DNA from: Octopus sinensis
Taxonomy: Eukaryota
Assembly: GCF_006345805.1 (NCBI RefSeq)
Contig: NC_043003.1
Span: 27,466,001-27,530,000, forward strand
Direction: 5' to 3'
Length of the DNA stretch: 64,000 bases
In this document: one piece after another, positions 10,557 through 22,092 of the stretch
Position numbering within the stretch: the stretch's first letter is position 1
Layout: the number at the start of each line of letters is the position of its first letter
The notes under the pieces: model-generated
The model's input: only the letters and a program-made list of their open reading frames with translations
Told to the model about the DNA's origin: nothing
The model's database searches: none
Position numbers and translations under genes: made by a program

Positions 10557-13500
10557 CATTCAAGAAACAGCTGTAAAGGTACTACCTGCACACCTCTTTT
10601 CCATGAATTTCATGTCTTTCTTTTTTTTATTAACCTGTGATATCATTGGTCTACTTACCTTAATCATACCAACACAATGGACATCCTTTCTATGTCATCC
10701 TGGAGTATAACACTCTCCATCTGAACTATTTCTGAACTTTTCACATTTCCTATTGAGTATATTTTTATATATTTTTATATATATCTGCATTTGCCTTCGG
10801 TATGTTATATGAAGATAAATGTTATAAATGGATCTGACACTTGATAACAGCCTATTTATACTTTTGTTGCACTATAGCGACAACAGCTCACTTGATAAAT
10901 TGCTTATAGGCAATCCTCATTTTGGCAGATCTCACATCCCTGCAGTTAACTTTGGAATTGAGGCACTGATTCAACCTGAACACTCATTGTATGTACATTC
11001 TGATTTTAAAATTTTGACACAAGGCCAGCAATTTTGGGGTGGGGTATAAGTCTTTAATATTGACCCCAGTGTTCAACTGATACTTATTTTATCAAACCTG
11101 AAAGAATGAAAGGTAAAGATGACCTCGGTGGAATTTGAATTGTCCATACTTATTATCATTTGTCGTCTTATTACTCATCAGATTCACACACACTCACGCA
11201 TACTGTTTTCTACTCTGTTTTGCATAAGTCGAAGTCCTCTGGCCACTGGAGATTAGGTTGGACAACTGTCATGCCGATGAAGGCTATTGAGCCAGAAACA
11301 TGTATTCATGACTCTCCTCTTATCTCCAGACAGTAACCTTGTCCCTTTCCTTAACAGCAAGTCCGTTTTGGAGAAATTCTTGAATCTTGAGATTATTTCA
11401 CCTTTTTAACTGAAGCTGGTAAATATAATACATCCTCTGTAACTAGCTGGTAAATATGATACATACTCTGAAGTGGAGGTGATTTTAACAAATCAAAAGT
11501 TTTTATCACAAGATTCTTCCCAAAATGTCTACAAGAGTGTCAAAAATATTAAACACCTTAGCCAAAAGCTCCCACAATATTTTGAGGTTATAGGCTTCAG
11601 CCTACCAAGCCAGGCTGTAACCCTACAAAAATGTAACATTTCAGTCAATATCAGTAAGTTTAATGGACATGATGCAGTTAAAGAAATAAATGCTATTCTA
11701 CATCTATCTTAATCTTTATACCAATTTTCCCTTTAGCATGATATAGATATACATATAACCAAGTTATGTATCTTTATGTCCAGTGCTGGATTTAGATGAA
11801 GGGAAACCCTAGGCTATTCCACAAGTGAGGTCCTTCCAAAAGGCCTTTGATGGTGTCAAAAATATTATACACCTTCACCAGAAGACCCCTAGATTATGAG
11901 GTTCTCATGGATATATTCAATGTAGGGCTTCTAGCAGGTCTGCAATATGATTAAGCTACTTTTTCTCACTCCAAATTTTTTTCGCCAAAGTGACTCTTAC
12001 CTTCCTGAAATGAAGCCTCAGTGACAAGTGTTGATTGTTCATACATATCTTGCTAAACTTTTGGCTGGTTTCAATTAAATTTCTTGTTATGCTGATTGAA
12101 TTGAATTTATTGAGTATGTATGTATGTGCTACTGGTAACATGTAATCCAGTACATTCTGCTGCATGGTTGGGGGCTGGTAGTGCCCAAACCAGCCAGCCT
12201 ACCGAGCTATAATGGAGAAAGCTGCTTATTAATTAGTTATGTAACAGTTACTAAAAGAAAGCAATTATTAAAGGCTTGACTGTCTGGAAATTTTTTTGTA
12301 AATTCATGTTCCAAAAAATTTCCTGTAATTTCGATTTCTGGAGGTTATTGAATATTTGAACTACAAGTTTTCAAAAATTTAAATATTCATTGCAGAATAG
12401 ATTTAATAAACAATATTAATTCACTGCAGGTGAAATTTTCCATTTTCATTCACAACAGTCCCTCACTCTCTCTCTCTCTCACCTCTATTTTCATTATTGA
12501 TAATTTAATATATATTCATTTCAAATTTTTACTTCGCTATTTGCAAAACCCACAGTTTATTCTATATACGTAATGTAAAAGTAATTATTTATTGAATGAA
12601 TGAATGCTATTAGACAAAATAGCTGTATAACTTTGATAAATTGAAAAGTTTTTAGTATACCTGTATAATTAAAAAAAATTAAGACGTGATTTTGTTGGTG
12701 TGGGTGTTTGGAATGCTATAAGCCTTACAATAATAACTATGCGATCGTTGCTATGTCTTGTATGCTAAACCTTGAAGTTAGTTTAAATTACTGATATATT
12801 ACAACTACGATAAATTACTGAAAGAAATATTTACTAAGCAAGTGAGATTTTTTTATAAATTGAATTTTTCAGGAAAATTTACTTTCTGAACTTCCTTTTA
12901 TTATTGAATATTTCAAGTTCATAAATTTAAATATTTCTGAACCAGATAATTTTTAACATGCTTTTATTTATATGATTTTTTCCTTTCGTGTTTATTTCAT
13001 TCATTGTTTTCAATGTTCTCTCCTCCACCTCTCTCTCTCACACACTCTATCGCTTTAATATAAACACAGCCACACTACAGATTTGACTAGCAGAAAATAA
13101 CCTGGATGGCGGTCTTTCTGCTAGTATATATAATCAGGCTGCCTCCCTTGTTAAGGTGTCTGTCTAGTCTGATTTGAGTATAATTTAGAATGTTCAATGT
13201 TCAAGTAATAAGTATGCTTCCTTAATTATTGATATGTGGGTATCGTGTGTGATTGAACTACTTTTTGATTTCATAATAGTGATTTTTGTGCTGTTAGTTT
13301 TATACAGTGGAATCTTTTGAATTTTTTTTTTTGCGCCATACATACCAAAATCTTTTGTGTGTGAACTGTCTATTTTCCACTGCATTCTGTGTGAACTTGT
13401 TACAGTGTATTGTTGATGTCATTGTTATTCTTCCTGTAAAAGCATGTATCTTTTTAGAGTATTTGTAAACTCTGTTGTTTGTTAGTGTTTTTGTAAACCT

Positions 13501-14499
13501 TTCACAAACTTTATAATACATCTCTACCTTTGGTGTGGCTTCATATAGTACTTCATACAGAGAAGTAACTACTGTTGTTTGATCAGCAGTCTAGCTGCGA
13601 CTATCATGTCTTCTTTTACAGCATATTACATTTACTATAAAGACTGTCTTCTTAATCAACCACTTAATGCAAGAAAGTGTCATACTCACAAGGACAGAGA
13701 TGTTCTAAAAGAAAGTAACTAGAGAGGCAGTAAATTGAAAGAGCAAATTGTGAAAGTATCAGAAAGAACTATAATGCAATTAATTCGGAAGAGAATCAGC
13801 TTAGGTGATATTCATCTTGGATTTGTGTTAGAACCAGTGGTGGTTCATAGATGAGATTAGTGGGGGTGCTGCTTCAGAAAATCTTTAGCCATTGTTTTAA
13901 TATTGTGTAAAAGGAAACAAACATGTAAAAAGATAATTTATACATAAACTTGATCAGTTCGTGTTTCAGCCACTGCCGGGTAGTGTGTTTAATTTGTTCA
14001 CTGAACACTGCCACAAGTTCTCCCTTGTTTTTCAAAAATCCCACCTAAATCACAAAGTAAGGTGGGAAAATCTTCCCTATTTTTCAAATCCTGGCAGCAA
14101 CACTGTAGCTGGAAGCAGGATAATAATCTAAGTCGACACTTTATCACATTCAAGATTATAAACACGTCTTTAAGCACAACACATGAGGAGTCAAAAAGAA
14201 ACACTACCTTTCACCAGCACACAAAGGTCAGCACTGCGGGGACGACAGTGCTCACTCTCCCTAGTGTGCAGCTTCCTATCTCGGACATGTGAGCATGCAC
14301 AACACAGTTCTATACAAGAATTTTTGTATTTTTTTCATAAACTAGGGAAAGGCTACTGACATTAAGCTTAAGGATTATATAATGTACAAGTATAAAGAAA
14401 GACTTAAAGGAAAAAGGGCTCATTATATTGAATGTTATCGATAATATTGAGTGGAAATAGAGGGTGCTGCAGTTCTGCAGTGCCTATACACGAGTCGCC

Positions 14500-14650
14500 A
14501 CTGGTTAGAACAGAGTACTGGTGATACCCTTTTCTTACTGGGACCACTGCAGAACCTAAGAGAAAACTACTATATTTAGCATTCATTGTCCTGGAGAAGA
14601 CCTTTGATAGAGTCACACGATTTGTGGTCTATCATTTAGAAAATTTGGTT
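14500..14650 (+). mobile_element. Small, highly degenerate RTE RT fragment
   Basis: Translates to ..LLYLAFIVLEKTFDRV.., matching the (LAFVDLEKAFDRVP) RT motif of the RTE at 42.7 kb. Confidence 0.55.
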
Positions 14651-15484
14651 TAGAGTAGGGGGTCGGTAAACTGCTTTACATCATTGATCCCTTCATGGAA
14701 TCATTGATAACTTAACAAATCCCATCATGTAAATTTCTAAAATAAAATTAAAAAGTACAATTGATAAAAAATTTCTTGGTTTAAAAACTGTAATTGCTAC
14801 AGCTTTTTAATAAGAAATATTTTTTTAAAAATCTAATGAAAACACTTAACGAATTTGATAAAGAACAATAAAAATTCAGTCATAGATAAATAATGTCAGA
14901 ATATTTAATGGGAAATATTTTTGGTGATTGAATTGGTATTTGGATGGAAATTAGCGAGGTTTTCCTCTCTAAGTCACCACAATTTAGCATCCTTAATACT
15001 CAAAATCGCTTCAGGTATTTATCGATCCCTTCTCAATATGTTTTGGCAGATTTGAACATGAATATACTGTTCGCTGTTGTTTTCATCATCGGAGAATATC
15101 TCCTCATTTAGACGATGTGTGCTCATAACAAGTTGGCCCTCTCTTCCACTTAAACTAATGGAAACATCCACTATGACAGCTGGAGGTTATACAGAGGACT
15201 ACAGGAGCACCCAGGCTGGTACGCATTATCGCTGTAAAGGCTGACTGTAGCAATGTGAAATTAAGTGTCTTGCTCAAGGACTCAACATACCGTCCAACTC
15301 AGGATCTGAACTCATGTACTAAGTCACACACCTAGTAAAAGCTGTGAACAAATATATAAGGTATTTATTACATTTTATTTAACTTTAACATGTTTCCTTC
15401 ATTAGACTACAGCCATGCCAATGTGCTGCCTTGAAGGGTTTGTTGTGAGGGGTATGTGCTGATGGCTGGTCTGAAGTGATGACT

Positions 15485-15585
15485 GGCTGGGTTGCTGAAT
15501 GAAAATGTTGCAGTACTCTACCAATTCCAATATTAGATGCATCAACTATTAATGATAGGGAAGTGTTTGGTACCGGATGCAACAT
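15485..15585 (-). mobile_element. Gypsy-like RNase H fragment
   Basis: LHPVPNTSLSLIVDASNIGIGRVLQH resembles the Gypsy RT-RNaseH motif (HP..LxxDAS..GAVLxQ). Confidence 0.6.
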
Positions 15586-15705
15586 CATCATCATCATCGT
15601 TTAACGTCTGCTTTCCTTGCTAGCATGGGTTGGATGGTTCAACTGGGGTCTGGGGAGCCAGAAGGCTGCACTAGGCCAGTCAGATCTGGCAGTGTTTCTA
15701 CAGCT
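15586..15705 (-). mobile_element. 5'-truncated RTE-tail insertion with 11-bp flanking duplication
   Basis: GGATGCAACAT at 15575-15585 and 15706-15716 flanks a (CAT)n-tailed copy of the RTE 3' end. Confidence 0.75.
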
Positions 15706-17654
15706 GGATGCAACATATAGAATAATTATAAACAGGGCAAATTTTAGCCATTTCTCTGCAAACTGGTAAAAAATGACAAACAACCTTAATCAATTTTTGA
15801 GCCTTATTGGGTTCTCATCAGAGGCGTCATTCTAACAGTCTCTAGGGAAACAAGCAGCCAAACTGTTTATATACTCAACAAATGTAGCAGTTACTCTGTG
15901 AAGGGGTCCCTAATTTGCATACCGAAAGTGTTTAACACTCTATAAATACCAGTGGCCTGTCAATGGGGATCTTAGTCCACACAGTATGATAACAATTAGA
16001 TGTAGAGTGTACAAAGAAAAAAAAGACTGACAGTAGCAGGTTTAGTGAACATACCCTCCATAGACAATTCTGTCAGCAAATCTATCAGTTGCCTGTGTTT
16101 CAAATTTACAAGGAGACTGAAATTTACAAGAAGCTGGGACCTCACCTCAAGTTAAGAGCCAGAGTCACCCTAACCCTAACACTATTTCCACTGTAAGTGG
16201 AAAAAGGTGAATGGTTAACAACTTGTAATGTTATAGCTGAGGATTTTTGCAAATCGTATAAGAATTTCACTGGCCGATTGGGTAGTCGAGCTCTGCTCTC
16301 TTACCAGTGTTAAAATGGCTTGCACCTTTGAAAGGAGGCATGAGGAAGAGTTGTTGTAACATTGACTCTTCAAACGGGTTATCTTCCACTAATACTTTCA
16401 TTCTTCTCAACAGTTGAGAAGGCTTCTTATCTCCAAAAACTTCTTTGTGAAGGAGTTGGCAAAAGTACTTCTGTTTGGAGGTTGAAGAACGTCAGAAATT
16501 TTCTGCTTTCGTACTTTGATAAAATATGGAGTCAGAATGGTTGGTAATCAATTCTTTGACTTCACTGCTTAAGGTAAGAGGCAAAACATTGACTAAAAGG
16601 TGAAATTGGTGCATTTATGAAGAAATTTTGTTCACTGTGAAATAGCTTCGAGCTCAGGAAACCAATATATGGAGGTAAAGTGAAGGACAAGATAGCTTGA
16701 CTAGCTAACTATCGCTATTTCCAGAAGAAACGGATAGGACAAGTGAACTTGCCATTCTTTTTGGAACTGAGATTAGTTGAAATTACACAAATGAAAAGAT
16801 AAACTATTAAATACTGGCTGTTATAGCAAACTTTGAGAAGTTCAGGATCAACTTTCGAGAGAAGAGAGTTTCCTTGGTGTTGACAGGTAGACGTACTTGA
16901 CAGCTATTTCGAGCAAAACAAAAGCTCTGTCTAAGCTAACAGTGTTCTCAGTGTCAGCCTGTAGAGGAAAGAGTTGCAGTGGTAAGAATTGTATGTGTTA
17001 TGGCTTTTTCTCTCTTAGACCTTTTCTTCTCTTGGTGGTGGTAATTGTGGTGATAGGCATGGATCGTATTGAGGGTCACCAGTGTCACGAAGAATATGCG
17101 CTGTTGGCTGGTCTGAGGTGATGACTGATTGAAGTGCTGAGTAAAAATGTATTTCTCAGGCTGCATAAAGAAGTTACTGACAACATCCACAAACAATTAA
17201 GAGAGGATTTTATTATTGCATAAATTACAAATAGGTTGGCATTAGGAAGGGCATCAAGCTGTAGAAACCCTGCCAGATCAAGATTAGAGCCTGGTGCAGC
17301 CATCTGGTTCGCCAGTCCTCAGTCAAATCGTCCAACCCATGCTAGCATGGAGAGTGGATGTTAAACGATGATGATGATGAACAGTAATAATTACATACTT
17401 GGAGAGACATACTGTTTGGAGTTTACAACATGCATACTGATACAACAATCTAAGACTGGCCCATCATAACTGGAAACAATTGTGCTATATAAGCGGCAGT
17501 GAAGATTCCTATTGACAATCGGCCACTTAACCATTTGGCTGTGACAAGAATGGAGATGCGACGCACATTCTTCAATTATTGCCAAAAGCAACCATTTTAT
17601 AAGGTGCAAAGAGAAAATTCTAGAATATTGTATCTCACAATGGCTTGATGCTGG

Positions 17655-20600
17655 TTTCTTTTTTCTTTTTCTCTAGTTTCAGCTCAGAGCTGCGGCCATG
17701 CTGATGCACTGCCGTTTTGTGCTACACTGTTATTGCGAAGAACCTCGTCTAATATGTGGCACTTGGTGAAGAATGGAGTTGATATAGCTACTCTCATTTG
17801 CACCTCTTGCCGTGAGGTAGGTTCATTTGGGACTCTCAACAGGAAGATGTCCAGCTTTGATTTAAAAGTTCCTCAGACTCTTTAGGAGAATATTAAAAAG
17901 CTGTGGGCCCTTGAAACCCAGGCTGTTGCAGAAGCTGGTCCTGAAGCGTGATGGCATTGCTGGGATCTTTGGCACTATGCAGTGTCGTCCCGTTCTAGCA
18001 TTGGTGTAGCTTACAATGCCAAAATTTGGCACAATTCCTTCCAGGATCTTCCAGACATATATTACTGCATACCTCTCCCGTCTTCTCTCCAAAGAGTAGA
18101 GTCTTAGCTGTTTCAACCTTTCCCAGTAGCTGAGCTGTTGCAAAGAGACGATCTTCTTTGTGAATCTTCTCTGGATTGCTTCAAGGTCCGCTGTTAATTT
18201 TACACTGGTGGGTGACCATAGCTGTGAGCAGTAATCCAGGTGGCTGAGGACGAATGTCTGCCAGAGGACCATCATGGTTTCCTTATCTCTGGTTCTGAAT
18301 GTTCTTAGGCTCCACCCAGCCAGTCGTCTGCACTTTGTCGCCATCCTGGTAATGTGCACTTGGAAAGAGGTATCATCACTCATGTCGATACCCAGGTCCC
18401 TCACAGACTTAGGCTCTGGGATTGAAATTCCCTGTGGACCGGTGTATCCTGTAAGTTTAATATTCAGTTTTGGATGCTGGTAGTGCAGGGCCTGGAATTT
18501 TTCAGCATTAAACTGCATATTATTAACCTCAGCCCATCTGTAGATTGAGTCCAACTCCTGCTTTCTGCGAGACTTTCGTATCGTCTGCATAGCTGGCCAG
18601 AGTGGCTATCCGGGCATTTGAGGGCATATCTGAGAGGGCCACTATAAAAAGCAGTGGTCCCAAGACAGTGCCCTGTGGAACACCGCTCACTATTTGTGTG
18701 TTCATAGAGGTGGCTCCATTAACCACTACTGCCTGACTCCTATCTTTCAGGAAGTCATATAACCACACTCCAGGTTTTCCAACTATGCCGAGGTCACGCA
18801 GTTTGTGACATATCATACCATGATCCACCTTGTCAAAAGCTTTTGCAAAGTCAAGGTAGATTACATCCTCATTTGATTTGTTGAGTAACTGCCTCAACAC
18901 CCAGTCATAATGTTGTAAAAGCTGGGTCAGGCAGCTCCTACCTGGTCGAAAACCATGCTGGGTATCACTCAGCAAGTTATTTTCCTCAAGGAATGCGATT
19001 AGTTTCTTTCTGACTATCCGTTCCATGACTTTGCTGATGTGTGAAGTCAGAGAGATAGGCCTATAGTTTTTGGCATCTGCTCTACTTCCCCCTTTATGTA
19101 TTGGGCATATTATTCCCTCCTTCAGCTTGCTTGGCAGTTTGCCATTCGCAAGAAAGCTCTGGAAGAGAATCTTGAGGGGTTTTGCCAGGGCATGCTTACA
19201 CGCTTTGAGGAGGATGGCTGGGAAACCATCTAGACCAGCAGCTGAGTTTGTGTCCACTTCATCTATGGCTAGTAGGACATCTTTTTCGGTAATGTCAATA
19301 CATTCTATTGTAACCACCTTGCTGGTTATAGGTGAGGTGGCAAAGAAGTCCACTGGTTCGTTTACGTGTCTGTGTTCCAGACACTTTTGAACTGGTCATT
19401 CAGCATCTCACTGATCTTAGTTGGACTGTCTGTGAGGGAGCCATCCTTTTGGAGGAGGGGTCCTATCTTGTAGTGCACTGAGACTGTTTCTTTCGCGTAA
19501 TGAAAGAAGGCTTTTGGGTTTGATTTAATATTTTTTATAACCCAGGCTTCTTTGTCTGCTTTCTCCTTCACATAGGATTGTTGCAGCCTTTTTTCAGTCT
19601 CCATCAGTGTTGTTTTTAGGCGGGACGTTTCGCTACTTTTGGGATGTTGGTTGAGACGATTTGCAACCTTCGTCCGTCGTCTCACGAGGATCTTCCTGTC
19701 TCTTGGAATCTTGCTCCTATTTGTTTTGGCCTTGTGCTCTGGGACATATTTCTGGCATACGACTTGCACAGAAGACATGAAACATTCTAGTTTCATGTCA
19801 ATGTCTGGTGTGGAGAGACATTCCGGCCAGTCCTCTCTGAGGATCTCTTTTTGGATTGATTTCCAATCTGCTTTGTGGAAGTTCAGATTGGAGAGATTTC
19901 GGGTGCTTCCTTTAGGCTGTATGTCTCTGGTTACTTTTGGCCTAAACATAGACAGCTTTATTATGTTGTGATCCGAAACTGATGTCGGTGTCACTTTCAC
20001 ATCATGAATGATGTCCATATTGTTCGTGAAGCAGAGATCCAGAATGTTATTTGCCCTAGTTGGCTTGAGTACAACTTGCTCCATGAATAAGGCATTGGTG
20101 AGGTTGAGCAGGGACTCCACCTGTACTTGCTTGCAATGATTCATTCCTGAGAGTATGTGACCTTCAGGCCATTTGACGTTGGGGAAGTTGAAATCACCCA
20201 TAAGAAATATGGTCACTTGGTGTTCCAGATTTATGAGGATTTCTTTAATTCTTGTGAGGCAATCTTCAAACTTGCCTGTGTGATTTGGGGCATCCGGTGG
20301 GCAATATGTATTGCATATGACTATATTATGTTGTCTTATGTATACAATTAAAGTGTCACATACCGAATTTGAGTATGTCATTAAGACCTGGGGTGTGAGG
20401 TCATCTTGGATGTATACAGCAACTCCACCATGGCTTCTTTCCCTTCTGTCTGTTCGCAGTATGGCATAGTTTGGTATGTGTACTTCTGCATCCTCTATAT
20501 CAGGGTTGAAGTGAGTTTCCACAAGTGCTATGCATAGGGCTTGATTGCATGCAGTAAGATCTCTCAGGAAAGAAATTTTGTTTCTATTTTGATGCAACAG

Positions 20601-21200
20601 GCCCCCAATATTTAGTAAAAGTATTGGGGTGACGGCTGTGCAGGCGTTAGGGGAGGCCATCCCGTGTCTGTTGACTGTGGTGGTCTTGCATAGTGGTGGG
20701 CAGGGTTCCTTCTCTGTGCTTGGTGTAGCCAGGTTAGCTGCCGGACAATTCTTTGCGCCATGCATAAAAAAGACTCTTGCTCAGCTGCTGCGTTGCGCAG
20801 AACATCTGAGGAGCGCACTTCGTTTTTGAAAGTTTTCCTGGGAGACAATTTTTGTGTTCCCTCGGTAAAGCTTTTCTCTTTGAGTCCCCTGAAGTTCTGG
20901 CGGGGTGTCGGGTGGGCGAACCGGCAGTTTTTGCCGTCCTCACCATGCCAACATTTGCCCCGCAGGTAGAATTTACAGGTTCTTCGGTGCCTTCCAGATT
21001 TCTTCTTTCCTGAAGTGTACTAGGTGGCATTGGATCCTCCATGGGGTTCTCTGCTGTTTGTGTGGTGGGTTGGGGTTTCAGCTTTGGTTGTTTTGCCTTT
21101 TCCTCCTTATTTTTGGTTGGTTGCTTAATAGATCGGTCATGTGAAACTACTGTGGTCTGATCATGATGCTTGAGCGGTTAGCTTGCAGCCTGGTTTTGAA
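17655..21200 (-). mobile_element. Near full-length CR1/L2-like LINE (CCCH finger, APE endonuclease, reverse transcriptase), inactivated
   Basis: ORF 19362-20765 has APE motifs (ALVETH, GGVAVY, MGDFNFP, NILDLCFT, SDHN). ORF 18529-19353 has RT motifs (YRPISLTS, QHGFRPGRSC, YLDFAKAFDKV, GVPQGTVLGPLLF, YADDT). ORF 17862-18590 is the RT C-terminus. Simple A-rich 3' tail at ~17655-17675. 5' boundary approximate. Confidence 0.95.
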
Positions 21201-21381
21201 TCATTGCTACAGATTTAATTAAACAAATCGACACCAGTACTTATTTTTTAAAACCTAGTATTTATTCTATTGTTCTCTTTTATAGATACAGAACTGCTAT
21301 GTTATGGGAACATAAACAAACCAGCACCGGCTATCAAGTAGTGGTCGGTCACATGCTTACATATACATATATATATATATA

Positions 21382-22040
21382 CTAGCTGATGTACCTGGTA
21401 ATTCCCGGGAAAGCGGGGCTTATCCCTTGGTTCCATTCTCATAATTGTTTTGCTAATCCAGTAACAACAATACAAAGTATGTAGCCCTTAAAACAGTTTT
21501 TGTGCATTTACAGAGAATACCAAACTGTCTTACATAGGATCTTATTTTTAGGAATTCCCAATATGTTATGAATACCCAAATTGTGAAGTCAGTTATGTAC
21601 TAACATGAAATTAGTTACCCGATAGTAAGAATTCAGATAAAGTAGCCCCCCAAAAGAGCTTTAATGTGTTCCCAGAGTATATAGAACATAGGAAGAAGTA
21701 CTAATAAGGTATATATACTAAAATCGTGAAGCATGTTACGTAATAACAGGCTAATCAGATATGAGATAATAACAATTCAAAGGAAATAACTCCGAAAAAG
21801 GCTTTTGTGCATTCCCAGAGAATACACCCTCAAGGGCGCTAGTGTTGGTATATTCGTAAATAAGTTACTAACTGAAATAAGTGGATCTATTTTTTAGGAA
21901 AATACTATTTACTTGTTTAAGGGTGTACTGAATAAATTGCGAAAATAACTCAAATAGTTAAAATACTAAGAAATAAGCATACTCAATTTCATTTTTACCA
22001 AATAATTTAGGAAAATTAATGTTATTTCCCTTGGCTATAT
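21382..22040 (-). mobile_element. Helitron-like element (3' end defined, 5' end uncertain in TA tract)
   Basis: Minus strand ends CCCGGGAATTACCAGGTACATCAG-CTAG|T (hairpin remnant plus CTAG, followed by T); interior has degenerate direct repeats. Confidence 0.55.
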
Positions 22041-22041
22041 A

Positions 22042-22092
<51 letters not shown>

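Noticed and set aside
13190-14300. Coding-like, less AT-rich segment with several short ORFs
   Set aside because: No recognisable motif or splice-consistent frame; probably an old repeat, but I cannot assign it.
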